Shown: positions 31,457 through 41,250 of the stretch, piece by piece | Layout of the letters: the number at the start of each line of letters is the position of its first letter | Position numbering within the stretch: the first letter of the stretch is position 1 | Virus record (IMG/VR): IMGVR_UViG_3300035665_000001 | Location: 124,001 to 188,000 of that record | Strand: one strand, 5' to 3' | DNA: 64,000 nt | Notes under the pieces: generated by a model | Databases searched by the model: none | Told to the model about the DNA's origin: nothing | The model's input: only the letters and a program-made list of their open reading frames with translations | Program-made: the position numbers and the translations under genes

Positions 31457-31942
31457 TTAATCACTTGTTTTTTCTAATTTCGATTTTATTGCAAATGTTA
31501 AAATACCACCTAAGTAACTAGGAGCAATATTATAGTTATTTGCTTGTGAACCTAAACTAGACATAATTATCGTTGTTATATGGTTTGTTACATCTTCTTG
31601 ACTGATTTCCTGGTTGGTTTGTCTCACAATAAATTTTCCAGGATTATTAGAAAAATTGAATATTACTGTAACTATGTTGTTTGCAACTTTTACTTCCTTA
31701 ACATTTAATTCATTAGTTAGAGTTTTTTGTAAGTTAACACCCAGTTGTGATGAAACTTTATAACTTTCTTTACCAATACCATCACTCGAACTTTTTATTT
31801 TATCCGTTATACGTTGTGGTTTATTTGTAGGTGCTGTTGATGTTGGTTTATTAGTACCTGCATCTGTTGGTTTTACATCTGTAGAAACCGCAGGTTGTGT
31901 ATCATCCTCGAATATAATATTCTTTAAATCTTTAAGTAGCAT
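31457..31942 (-). CDS. Putative late/virion protein
   Basis: Start at MLLKDLKNIIFED, downstream of the late motif at 31978-31984. Confidence 0.55.
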   Translation of the reverse strand: MLLKDLKNIIFEDDTQPAVSTDVKPTDAGTNKPTSTAPTNKPQRITDKIKSSSDGIGKESYKVSSQLGVNLQKTLTNELNVKEVKVANNIVTVIFNFSNNPGKFIVRQTNQEISQEDVTNHITTIIMSSLGSQANNYNIAPSYLGGILTFAIKSKLEKTSD

Positions 31943-31984
31943 ATGGTATATCCTATTTAGTTTACTGTTATATCTTATATTTAT

Positions 31985-32031
31985 CCTCGCTCTACCGAAA
32001 AACCCCATCCCTTTAGGGTGGGGTAATTGAC
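31985..32031 (-). mobile_element. IS200/IS605-type (IscB-like end) miniature scar
   Basis: GTCAATTACCCCACCCTAAAGGGATGGGGTTTTTCGGTAGAGCGAGG then ATAAATA; near-identical to 46234-46279. Confidence 0.65.
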
Positions 32032-32038
32032 CTGACTA

Positions 32039-33223
32039 TTAACAAATAATTTCTAGTCCTTCCATATTTTTCAATCTTGAATAATCGGGATTCAACCAGC
32101 AAATGTGATGTGCATCAACCCAAGGATAGTATCCATTAACAGTATTTCCTTCTAAAACCAGCGAATAAAACATTTCAGTTCTATATCTATGTTCAACTTT
32201 AATTTTTTTACTTCCATCTGTAAGGCTAAGTATTTTTTCATCTCTTGATAAATCCAATGCAGGGACATATCCTTTATTTGGTACTGACACTAACGTATCT
32301 CTGGAAACCGAATAAACGTACTCATAATTAACTTTTTTAGAATTTTTAGATGAGTGCATTTGTATTATTATATTTTGATCTCTTTTACCAACAATACCTT
32401 GTATTCGATAAATTGTATTAAATGGTCCTGGAACATATAAACCTAAATTTGGATGATGTGATAAAACCTCTTTAAGGAAAAAAAAGTTTGTTTGAATTTG
32501 CATCATTTCTCTACGGTTTGTATCAATAAATTTATTATAGTAGTTGGTTATGAAATTATATTCATTGACATCAGGTGGATTATTAGCTAATGCACTGTTT
32601 CTATAGACGATTTCAACAATTCGTAAAGCTTCGTGGTATGCATCATCTCTTTCCATACCTTCAGAAATATTGAAATCGGTTAATCCATAAATTAATTCTG
32701 TGTTGAGTGCTTTACCTTTAAAGGTTGAAGTAACTGCATCTTCATAAGTCATACCACCCATATATATTTTTTCCATTACGGATCTAGAATCAAATCCCAT
32801 GGAAACATTTAACATTGGTGAATTTGGTATCGATATGGTGTTTCTCATTTTTTTTGCAGTTTTTGCAGTTCTATCAAATTTACCACCAACTCCCCACCAA
32901 CCTAAAACATAACTGTTGAATTTTTCATTATAATCATAATATATGTTGCCTACAACATCTGCATAGTTGGATTCTTTTTTTTCATATTGTTTTCCATTAG
33001 CAAATACGTTTGATTCTTGATGCCACCCCATGATTTTTAATGGTCTCGTGTAACCAGTATCATGTTTGCGATTGTTTTCCAATACTTTTACTTCATCAAC
33101 TCCTAGAACATCCGCTGTTCTCCATCGCCTTTTTGTTCTCTCATGCCAATTCTTAAAATTATAATATGTGTAAGTATCTTTTGGTGCTATCCAAATTTTT
33201 AACAATGTTGATGCAGAAAACAT
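32039..33223 (-). CDS. Hypothetical protein
   Basis: 394-aa ORF; AAGGAG RBS; TGTATAAT upstream. Confidence 0.7.
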   Translation of the reverse strand: MFSASTLLKIWIAPKDTYTYYNFKNWHERTKRRWRTADVLGVDEVKVLENNRKHDTGYTRPLKIMGWHQESNVFANGKQYEKKESNYADVVGNIYYDYNEKFNSYVLGWWGVGGKFDRTAKTAKKMRNTISIPNSPMLNVSMGFDSRSVMEKIYMGGMTYEDAVTSTFKGKALNTELIYGLTDFNISEGMERDDAYHEALRIVEIVYRNSALANNPPDVNEYNFITNYYNKFIDTNRREMMQIQTNFFFLKEVLSHHPNLGLYVPGPFNTIYRIQGIVGKRDQNIIIQMHSSKNSKKVNYEYVYSVSRDTLVSVPNKGYVPALDLSRDEKILSLTDGSKKIKVEHRYRTEMFYSLVLEGNTVNGYYPWVDAHHICWLNPDYSRLKNMEGLEIIC

Positions 33224-33269
33224 AAAACTCCTTAGTTAAATAAAACATATTCTATTATTATACAATTTA

Positions 33270-34082
33270 TCAAAATATTAATAGTTGTTTCAGTTTTTTA
33301 GGTAATATAGTTTCATCTTTAGTGTACTTATACATTTCAATTTTTATTTTATCTGGACTGTTTTTATGTTTTGCAATGGCAATTTTTCTTGATGTTGTGG
33401 TACATTTATCAAAAAAATCAACTAAAATTTTTGTTGATGTATCTTTGAATTGTGTTAAAACGTTAACAATCTGGTCTTCAAATACATCATCATCCGATAA
33501 CTGATATTCCACTTCATCTCGATACCAATCATACATGTCATCGTCAGACATAGAACTGAATAATTTATGTAAAAAAACAATTGTTTCTTTGTTTGCTATG
33601 TTATACGAGATAGTTATAGTTGCGAATATTCGGTTAAAAGGCTCATCTGTAATATCAAACCATAATGGTCTCCCTAAAACACAATAATGTAAAAAACTAT
33701 ATGGGGATTTTGAATTAAAATACTTGATCCAGTCCAATTTATTACTGGTACCTACACCAGGGGTAAGTTTAAATAGGTGATTTAAAGTATTAAAATGATC
33801 ATCTGTATTTACAAAATTATCAAGATAAACAACATTCGCAAATTTATTCAAAACATCTAAATTGAATGGTCCCTGTTGACTACATATTAAACTTTTATAA
33901 AAAGAGATTCTATTAGACGCTTTTTCTATATTCTCCGATATTTCAAAAATCTCCAATAATTCTGTATTTGAAAAAGTGAATTTACTTAGAAATTCACTAT
34001 TCCTCGCAGTTATAGATGTATTAAAAAATTCTTTGATCTGTTTTGATTTATCCACAATATCACTTTTTTTTAATTTACTCAT
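33270..34082 (-). CDS. Helical-repeat protein with C-terminal LPKKLKQLLIF tag
   Basis: Tail IAKHKNSP..IK..MYKYTKD...LP matches the 15817 and 16737 tails; TAAATA repeats upstream. Confidence 0.65.
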   Translation of the reverse strand: MSKLKKSDIVDKSKQIKEFFNTSITARNSEFLSKFTFSNTELLEIFEISENIEKASNRISFYKSLICSQQGPFNLDVLNKFANVVYLDNFVNTDDHFNTLNHLFKLTPGVGTSNKLDWIKYFNSKSPYSFLHYCVLGRPLWFDITDEPFNRIFATITISYNIANKETIVFLHKLFSSMSDDDMYDWYRDEVEYQLSDDDVFEDQIVNVLTQFKDTSTKILVDFFDKCTTTSRKIAIAKHKNSPDKIKIEMYKYTKDETILPKKLKQLLIF

Positions 34083-34258
34083 AAACACCCTCGTTTGTTT
34101 TTTTATTTATTTATTTATTTGTTATTCTCTTGTCATAAGACCTCACACTTTAATTCGTTGCACAAGTTAAAAAAATTGATGGTGTACATTCATATACCAA
34201 ACGTGAATCGTGAAAAAATCATCAACTCTAAATTAAAGTTGATGATTTTGATTAGATG

Positions 34259-34648
34259 TTAAATCTTTCTACCTTTACCCATTTTTTCTAACTTAGCTAT
34301 CTTTCGCAACAATGCAAATTCAATAGTATCGAAGTCGTGAGGTAAAACCAAATGATCCATAATATTTCCTAAAAAGGCTTCATTTTGAGTAAGTGAATAT
34401 TCAATTTGTTCTGATGTACCAATCAATAGAAATTTAACATTATTATTTCTACCAAATTTACGAAATACAAATCTAACATCCAACCCTATCAAATCAAAGG
34501 TAATAACGGGTAGGATTATGATAGTTTTTTCCGACGTTTCCCAGTTTTCATGAAATTCAGTCCATTTTGAAAATTTCTGTATTTCTTTTTCATTCGAAAA
34601 TAAGTTTCTAAATGGTCTATAGTAATTGTAGAATATTTTTTTCATCAA
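34259..34648 (-). CDS. Hypothetical protein, possibly a degenerate receiver-like fold
   Basis: IIILP...DLIGLD...KFLLIG pattern only; weak. Confidence 0.4.
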   Translation of the reverse strand: MMKKIFYNYYRPFRNLFSNEKEIQKFSKWTEFHENWETSEKTIIILPVITFDLIGLDVRFVFRKFGRNNNVKFLLIGTSEQIEYSLTQNEAFLGNIMDHLVLPHDFDTIEFALLRKIAKLEKMGKGRKI

Positions 34649-34998
34649 CGTTCAAATGTTTTGAATAATTTTTCTCGATTACCTAATTTAATTTTATATG
34701 TATCACAGGTATTTTTTACTAGAAATACCTCCTCTTTAATTTGTACATTGGTAATATCTCTAATATAGTAAATGCCCGTATTTATACCATTAATATCTGC
34801 AACAGTAAGTTGCATTCTTGGTAAATCGTTGAAAGATGTGGGTATTTCTTTCGCATCACTTAAAAATCCAACAGATGTTTTACTTGCAATATCACACACG
34901 GTTGGTACGTTAAATGGAAATAAAATAAATGTTGCAAAACCAACTATAAGTATGATTGGAGTTAAAACTTTGCATGTTTCCCATAAAATTTTTTTCAT
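34645..34998 (-). CDS. Membrane-anchored hypothetical protein
   Basis: N-terminal hydrophobic helix; GAGG RBS. Confidence 0.6.
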   Translation of the reverse strand: MKKILWETCKVLTPIILIVGFATFILFPFNVPTVCDIASKTSVGFLSDAKEIPTSFNDLPRMQLTVADINGINTGIYYIRDITNVQIKEEVFLVKNTCDTYKIKLGNREKLFKTFER

Positions 34999-35018
34999 TT
35001 TTTTCCTCGTTATATTTT

Positions 35019-35591
35019 CTACATAAGTCTCAAACCCTTATTGAATGAGTTTTTACCTTTTAAATTGTTGATGATTGTTTTTGGTGATTTTTGTGGTTTT
35101 TCACTGTTGTCATCATTATCTGTTGTGGAGTCGTTATATTGTGAATCATTATTTTCTTTGTTTTTAGTGAGTTTAGTATATTCTTTTTGTTTTGAATTTG
35201 CCCTTACATCAGTATAAGCATTTTTATCGTGTGATACCGTTTCTTCTCCATTTTCATTTGTAGTTGGGATAAATGATAATGTTCCCCAATCAGTTTTAAA
35301 AAAAACATATGAACCAACACCGGATGAATCTCTGGTTTTTAATAATTTTGCTCTAATAATTCCTGAATCTCTTGATGCTGAATTTGGGATGAACGCTAAT
35401 ACATTATCAGCACTTTGAATTTTTGCGATACCACCTTGAATATTTTCTTCTGAAATATCATTGGTATCACCACTAGCACTATTATGGGTAAGTATGTCAT
35501 TAGTAAAAAATAAGTGATCACCATCAACAGTAATATCTCTGGTTTTTCTAATACCAATTTTTTGAATATTTACGATTTCATCCAATACCAT
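35019..35591 (-). CDS. Split-intein IntC (37 aa) fused to the C-terminal extein of a T4 gp41/DnaB-like helicase
   Basis: MVLDEIV.I..IG...T.DITVDGDHLFFTNDILTHN|S resembles gp41-type IntC; extein has ISEENIQGG..KIQSAD and KLLKTR; own RBS and TGTATAAT. Confidence 0.85.
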   Translation of the reverse strand: MVLDEIVNIQKIGIRKTRDITVDGDHLFFTNDILTHNSASGDTNDISEENIQGGIAKIQSADNVLAFIPNSASRDSGIIRAKLLKTRDSSGVGSYVFFKTDWGTLSFIPTTNENGEETVSHDKNAYTDVRANSKQKEYTKLTKNKENNDSQYNDSTTDNDDNSEKPQKSPKTIINNLKGKNSFNKGLRLM

Positions 35592-35675
35592 TATTTCTCC
35601 CAATTAAATTGATTTAGTTGTTTTTAAGAATTATACAATAGTTTTACTTGTAATGATATTAGAAATATGATGCTA

Positions 35676-35736
35676 TGAGAGTTCATTTACCAATGCTCTG
35701 CAGAAATGCCACGTCTTGTAGGGTGGGGTGGTTCAC
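35676..35736 (+). mobile_element. TnpB/IS605-type right-end remnant inside a hairpin
   Basis: GAAATGCCACGTCTTGTAGGGTGGGGTGGTTCAC flanked by a perfect 15-bp inverted repeat (35658-35672 / 35739-35753). Confidence 0.5.
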
Positions 35737-35762
35737 AACATCATATTTCTAATGTAATGGTG

Positions 35763-36863
35763 TTAAGTGTTATTCTGATTGACTTGTGATATTTCTTGAA
35801 GACCAACTTTTTTAATTTCTTCAAAACATTTTTCAAACGCTTCTACTATAGTAGGATCAAATTGTGTTCCTGCACCTGCTATGATAATTTCTTTTGCCTC
35901 GTCAAAACTTACTTTTTCTCGGTATGGTCTTTTTGAAATTAAAGCCTCTAAAGTATCAATTATGTGAATTAATCTTGCAGATATTGGTATTTCAAATCCA
36001 CTCAATCCTTCTGGATACCCTGTTCCATCCCATTTCTCATGATGATAATGTGCCATTTCAATCGCAGTATCAATGTATGTAGTTACTTCTGGTTTCATCA
36101 ATAGTTCGTCTTTAACAAATTCTAATGCAACACATCCCAATCGTGTATGTTCCTGCATGATATGATTTTCATTTTCTGTATATTTATCCCTTTTTAAGAG
36201 TGTATTGTCTCGAATACCTACCATACCTATGTCATATAATGTCGCAGATAAACAGATATGTTCAACAAATTCAGATGTTAAATCATAAATATATTCTTTA
36301 TTTTTAGTAAGCTGATTGACTAAAATTTTAATATACTCTTTTATGAGTGAACTATGTTCAAATGCATTAGCGTGGTTAAATTTTGTCAAGTATGACACCG
36401 CCAATAATACTACATCGGTAAATTTATTATAATCCGTTTGAAATCGATTATTGTCATTCTCTAATTTCACAATGTATTCTTGTAATTCTTTTATTTTTGT
36501 GTTTGCTTTTATCTGATTGTTGACCCTAGCTAAAAAAATCAATGGTGTAATTGGTTTACGCATATAATCTACTGCACCTAATTCAAATCCTCGAAATTCA
36601 TCGGAAATATCATCTAATTCAGATATAAAAATTACGGGTGTGTTTTTATATCTGGAATCGTTTTTCAACAGTTCAAACATATCATACCCAGTTTCAAAAG
36701 GCATGATTACATCTATTACAAAAAGTGATATGTTATTAGCTACGGATATTATTTTTTTTGCTGATTTAACAGAGCTTGCAGTTTTAACTTTGTAAAATGG
36801 TTTTAAAATTCCACGAATGGTATCGACACTTTCACCATCATCATCGATTATCAATATAGTCAT
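35763..36863 (-). CDS. Response regulator REC + HD-GYP (RpfG-like) with degenerate catalytic site
   Basis: ILIIDDD, IDVIMP..TGY, GAVDYMRKP; LYDIGM replaces LHDIGK; HHEKWDGTGYP, RPYR, G.QFDP intact. Confidence 0.9.
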   Translation of the reverse strand: MTILIIDDDGESVDTIRGILKPFYKVKTASSVKSAKKIISVANNISLFVIDVIMPFETGYDMFELLKNDSRYKNTPVIFISELDDISDEFRGFELGAVDYMRKPITPLIFLARVNNQIKANTKIKELQEYIVKLENDNNRFQTDYNKFTDVVLLAVSYLTKFNHANAFEHSSLIKEYIKILVNQLTKNKEYIYDLTSEFVEHICLSATLYDIGMVGIRDNTLLKRDKYTENENHIMQEHTRLGCVALEFVKDELLMKPEVTTYIDTAIEMAHYHHEKWDGTGYPEGLSGFEIPISARLIHIIDTLEALISKRPYREKVSFDEAKEIIIAGAGTQFDPTIVEAFEKCFEEIKKVGLQEISQVNQNNT

Positions 36864-36893
36864 AATTTCCCCACTTGGTTTGAATGAACTTGG

Positions 36894-37244
36894 TTAGTTA
36901 TTGAAATTTAACAGATTATTATTTTGTTCCAATGGTTTCCACATTTTTGCAAATTTCAAAACTTTCGGGACATCATCTTTTTGTGTTGGACAAACAACTA
37001 TACTTGAGTCTTTACCACCTAAAGTATGTAATTCATGACCGATACACACATTAGGTAATTCTTTTATTTTATCAAACTCTTTTTGTGTAACTCGAAGAAC
37101 AACTTTTCGAAATGATTCAGATAACCATTGTTGATAATTTTCATTATCGCTAAATTTAATATGTGCCCATAAAACACTATGTGCAACTAATGTTGGTGTC
37201 ATAAAATCAGGAAATTCATCCAAAACGGCAATATACATCTTCAT
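36894..37244 (-). CDS. Peptidyl-tRNA hydrolase 2-like phage protein
   Basis: KMYIAV, VAHS, WL..SFRKVVLRV...EF, CP motifs. Confidence 0.6.
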   Translation of the reverse strand: MKMYIAVLDEFPDFMTPTLVAHSVLWAHIKFSDNENYQQWLSESFRKVVLRVTQKEFDKIKELPNVCIGHELHTLGGKDSSIVVCPTQKDDVPKVLKFAKMWKPLEQNNNLLNFNN

Positions 37245-37337
37245 AATTTTCTCTTTTTAAGATTTAATATGTTGATTATTTATAAGTTCACCGATTAACT
37301 CAATTAATATCATTTTTTTGTAAAAAAATAGTTTAAA

Positions 37338-38189
37338 TTATTTTTTCATATCAAAATTTTTGATAAAGTATTCTTCTCTGAGCACTTCAATGGTATTGTC
37401 TTTTTTCCATTGAATTGCCACGGTTTTTTTAACTAATGCATCATCTCTTTCTTTTCCTAATCCAATCACTATTACGTAATTAGATTTAGATTCTAAATGT
37501 GCTGATGATTTTGACCATAAACTACCTATCTCAATATTACAAGTTGTGTTGGGGTTTTCTTCTTGAAAGAGTATTTCTGTTTTTAATATGTTTGAATTTC
37601 TATCTGCCCAATGAACTACAACACACATTTCTTCTGCTTTTGGTGGTGCGGTATTCCAATCAGGAATAAATTTTTCATATTTGGTGAATGATTGATAATT
37701 AAGAAATTCTTTAATATCTTCGACAGAATGAAAATGTTTATTCTCTGTAAAATGATAAACCATTTTGTTTATTTGGTCTTCATTCAAACCAACTGCAACT
37801 TCAACCGTAGTAGGTTTAACAAAATCATCTCGATTATTTACCAACCATTTTTTTATTTTGGTAATATTTGAGTTTATATCACCATCTAAAAATCGTGCTA
37901 AACGATGTACTTGTTCATTTGTCAACCCAACCGCAACTTCTTTCTCCACCACATCGTCAAATTTCTGTAAATTTAAATAAGATTTAATGCACTCTAAAAT
38001 AGTTATCGTGCCTTTTCTTTGCCATATTGCATTTTCTAAATCTATGATTTGACTATCACTCAAGCCAACAACAGACTTGGTTGGTTTAGGGTTATTTAAT
38101 TCTACCCACCGGGTAATAGCTTTCTTATAATCGAAAATTGTATCAACTGATAAAAATTTTGCTAAACTTTCAATTTCCAATGAATTCAT
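37338..38189 (-). CDS. Hypothetical protein with internal repeats
   Basis: Three V(A/V)GL...Q(I/V) units. Confidence 0.6.
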   Translation of the reverse strand: MNSLEIESLAKFLSVDTIFDYKKAITRWVELNNPKPTKSVVGLSDSQIIDLENAIWQRKGTITILECIKSYLNLQKFDDVVEKEVAVGLTNEQVHRLARFLDGDINSNITKIKKWLVNNRDDFVKPTTVEVAVGLNEDQINKMVYHFTENKHFHSVEDIKEFLNYQSFTKYEKFIPDWNTAPPKAEEMCVVVHWADRNSNILKTEILFQEENPNTTCNIEIGSLWSKSSAHLESKSNYVIVIGLGKERDDALVKKTVAIQWKKDNTIEVLREEYFIKNFDMKK

Positions 38190-38343
38190 TTTTTCTCTCT
38201 TTTAAGGTTATTTTTGCAAATTAGTTTGATGAGGAGTGTTTTTTAAATGTTAAAATGTGGCATTTTTTTGGTTTTCGTAGGGAAGGATTGTAGTATCTTA
38301 ATGTTGATGGATAACACCAACATTAAGATGTAATTTTTGTTGC

Positions 38344-38829
38344 TTAATCAATAAATGATGATGCTTTTCCATTATCATCAATTAGAATATAAGCCGAACT
38401 TCTACCGGCATATGCCCTAACAACAATAGAACCGTTTGCTCGATAAGGAGGAACAGTATCTAATGACCACCCTTTATTTTCTTCAACATATTTTTTTGCG
38501 ATACTCAAAGCATCATCTTTTTCTTTTTTTGATAACTCAGTAGTTTTATCATCTTTAACACTATCGGCAGTTTGAGATTTTTTTGTTATTTCTGATACAG
38601 GTTTATCAACACCTTCACCAAACTTTTCATCTGCCGCAGAAATATTTTGTTTAGCAGTAGCACCACTGGTATTGTAGATTCCATAAAACCAACTTTTTTC
38701 TTCTGCATCCCATTTCAAACCCATTTTTTTTGCAATTTCTTTATCTTTGAAATCAACTTTATAATACCGTTTTGTTACCAAAGTGGGGGCTTGTTTTGTT
38801 TCATTAATCAATAATTCACGAACTTTCAT
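38344..38829 (-). CDS. Late protein with DUF5710-like domain
   Basis: Y.V.FKDKE.AKK.G.KWD...KSWF; MKVRELLINE leader; late motif at 38861. Confidence 0.55.
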   Translation of the reverse strand: MKVRELLINETKQAPTLVTKRYYKVDFKDKEIAKKMGLKWDAEEKSWFYGIYNTSGATAKQNISAADEKFGEGVDKPVSEITKKSQTADSVKDDKTTELSKKEKDDALSIAKKYVEENKGWSLDTVPPYRANGSIVVRAYAGRSSAYILIDDNGKASSFID

Positions 38830-38907
38830 TTAGAATTCTCCATTTACTATATTTTATCAGTATTTATATTTTTCATCAAAAAAAGTGAATGATTTTCTGT
38901 GATTTCA

Positions 38908-39990
38908 TTACACTATTTTCGTTTTATTTTCGAAGATATACTGAATTTCATCAAATTCATCAAAATTTGGTAGTTCAAAGTTTTTTACCTGGTTTGAAAT
39001 AATATTATACTCTAATTTTTTATGATCTCGGTTATTTAAATTTTGAGTTATTTGTTTTTCACCAATTAAGAAAACCACAGCCTTATGATTATACTGTGTG
39101 GTTGGTATTTTAATAAGTTTATTCAAGCGATGTTCCTTAGTTAAATTTGTCATATCAACTAAAATGTTTTCTTTGTTTTTTACTGCATTTAGTAAATCTT
39201 TTAAACTCTGGTCGTGAGCTTTTTTAATATTTTTTTTATAATCGACAGAATCGTATCCCATTTTTTTATTATAAAAAAAGTTGTCAACTGATATTATACT
39301 ATAATTTGAAAAATCTGAATTGTTTTTGACAAACGTTGATTTTCCACTACCAGATAACCCAATTAAAAATACAGCATCCAATTTTCTTTTTTCCCTAAAC
39401 TGTTGTTTATTATATGGGATATAGTTTTCTAAATGAGTGAACTGGTTGTCAATAAATACCAGCTCATCATTAAAATCGGGTGAAATTTCTCTACCGTACG
39501 CATCAGCCTTAACAAAATCAATAAGTTCTTTTAAAAATTCCGGTTGGTGTCCATAACATAAATCCAAATTTTTTATTTTTTCCTCAATAGGAATTTTGTT
39601 CCAAAGAGTACCGTGTCTAGCAATTAATTGCAATGTTAATAAAAAATCGATTTCAAATTCTGTTGAGGCATGTTTTAGAATATCTATACTTTTGACCATT
39701 GATACGTTTTCATGGTCATAAAACGCTACTCGCCCGTTCTCTTTTTCATATCTTACATAAACTTTACCGATATCATGCAGTATTGCCGCAAAAATATGGT
39801 TATTATTATTTAATGCTAAATCCAATACCATTTCAGTATGACACCATACAGTTCCTTCAAAATGAAAAGGATTTTTACTACCATTACTATGTGTATGATC
39901 ACATAATACCATAGCATTGTATAATTCAACATAATTGGTTTTAAACCAATTCACAATTTTTTGTTTTTCAACTGTCATTAGATTAGCCAT
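38908..39990 (-). CDS. HD-domain phosphohydrolase fused to a P-loop (polynucleotide-kinase-like) domain
   Basis: H.EG.VW.HT.MV, LHDIGK, F..HE..S, AD..GR; GLSGSGKST, VDMTNL. Confidence 0.85.
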   Translation of the reverse strand: MANLMTVEKQKIVNWFKTNYVELYNAMVLCDHTHSNGSKNPFHFEGTVWCHTEMVLDLALNNNNHIFAAILHDIGKVYVRYEKENGRVAFYDHENVSMVKSIDILKHASTEFEIDFLLTLQLIARHGTLWNKIPIEEKIKNLDLCYGHQPEFLKELIDFVKADAYGREISPDFNDELVFIDNQFTHLENYIPYNKQQFREKRKLDAVFLIGLSGSGKSTFVKNNSDFSNYSIISVDNFFYNKKMGYDSVDYKKNIKKAHDQSLKDLLNAVKNKENILVDMTNLTKEHRLNKLIKIPTTQYNHKAVVFLIGEKQITQNLNNRDHKKLEYNIISNQVKNFELPNFDEFDEIQYIFENKTKIV

Positions 39991-40343
39991 TCTGGATTTT
40001 CTATTTGGATTTTTTTATATAATTCTATAAAATGTGAAAAATCTATACCATTGATTGACTCAAAATTTTTGAAAAATTCTTTAGCCCATAATTTTTCAGC
40101 TATCTCTTTATCTTGTATTTTAAACAGATAATTATAATTTGCAGGTGGAATATCAATATATACTGTAAGAAATTCCATATTATCGCTTTTGTCAAACTTA
40201 ACTGTGCGAAATGTGGCGGATTTATCTTGCAGTAAATCTACTAAAAATACTTTTTCAAGTTTAATAGTTTGTACCGCGGTATACGTTGGAATAAAAACAT
40301 ACCAATAGTAATTATGTGGCACTAGATCACTGGGTTTTATCAT
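39978..40343 (-). CDS. Hypothetical protein ending in NPEWLI
   Basis: ORF in an operon. Confidence 0.6.
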   Translation of the reverse strand: MIKPSDLVPHNYYWYVFIPTYTAVQTIKLEKVFLVDLLQDKSATFRTVKFDKSDNMEFLTVYIDIPPANYNYLFKIQDKEIAEKLWAKEFFKNFESINGIDFSHFIELYKKIQIENPEWLI

Positions 40344-40349
40344 AACATA

Positions 40350-40610
40350 TTATTCCAAATAGTCATTTGTTTTAACTGGGTGTTTAAATGTTGATACCCA
40401 TTTTTCAATACAGTCATCACAAATTTCAAAATCCCAGGTATCCATATCAAATTTTGAACCATATCCAAATAAAATTGAAAAATTGGTTATGTTTGAACAT
40501 ACAAATTGATATTCATCTGTGATATGGGTTTCTTTACCACAACAATCACAAGCCACCATAGATACTATTTTTTCTGTTGTAGTTACTTCTTTTTCAATGT
40601 ATTTAATCAT
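40350..40610 (-). CDS. Small zinc-finger protein
   Basis: CDCC...GYGSKFD.....ICDDC. Confidence 0.7.
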   Translation of the reverse strand: MIKYIEKEVTTTEKIVSMVACDCCGKETHITDEYQFVCSNITNFSILFGYGSKFDMDTWDFEICDDCIEKWVSTFKHPVKTNDYLE

Positions 40611-40911
40611 GATTAATTTTCTTTTTTTTGGTTTTAATTTTAGAATCACATAGAGAAGACATTAGATCCTCCTGTTGTACCATATATTCTATAAATTTTT
40701 TATGAGACATAACATCGAAACAAACATAATCAATTATATTTTTAAAATTTGGAATTGCAACTATTAATTCTTCATCATTTGATAGAGTTTCAATGGCATA
40801 TTTAAATTCTAAAATTGATGGTTTGTGGTTATATCCATACGCCATAACATAATTATAATTATTATCCATAAACACCAAATAATATTCGAACTCTTTAAAA
40901 GTTGTTGTCAT
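40603..40911 (-). CDS. Hypothetical protein
   Basis: AGGA RBS. Confidence 0.6.
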   Translation of the reverse strand: MTTTFKEFEYYLVFMDNNYNYVMAYGYNHKPSILEFKYAIETLSNDEELIVAIPNFKNIIDYVCFDVMSHKKFIEYMVQQEDLMSSLCDSKIKTKKKKINHD

Positions 40912-40988
40912 TTTTTAATCCTGTAGAGTTATTGAAAAAACACTCCCATAACTGGGTTAAGTAGATGCAATGTATTATTTTCAATTCA

Positions 40989-41249
40989 TTATACATTTTT
41001 TTTAAAAACAATTGGATCTGACGCTTTTCCTTTTTCACGAGTATTGGAAACCTGAAATTTTCTTTGGTGGTTATTATCAACAGCAACACCCGACCATTCA
41101 ATACTTTCTGAAAAATCACCATAAAAATTACTTTCATTGTTATGGATTGCTTCATAATTTACAACATATTCTCTACCACCCACAATGAATATATCACCAC
41201 TTTTTAACTCTTTAAGTTCATCAAAAGTATATCTGACCATGTTTTTCAC
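40989..41249 (-). CDS. Hypothetical protein
   Basis: ORF coupled to the upstream gene. Confidence 0.5.
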   Translation of the reverse strand: MKNMVRYTFDELKELKSGDIFIVGGREYVVNYEAIHNNESNFYGDFSESIEWSGVAVDNNHQRKFQVSNTREKGKASDPIVFKKNV

Positions 41250-41250
41250 A

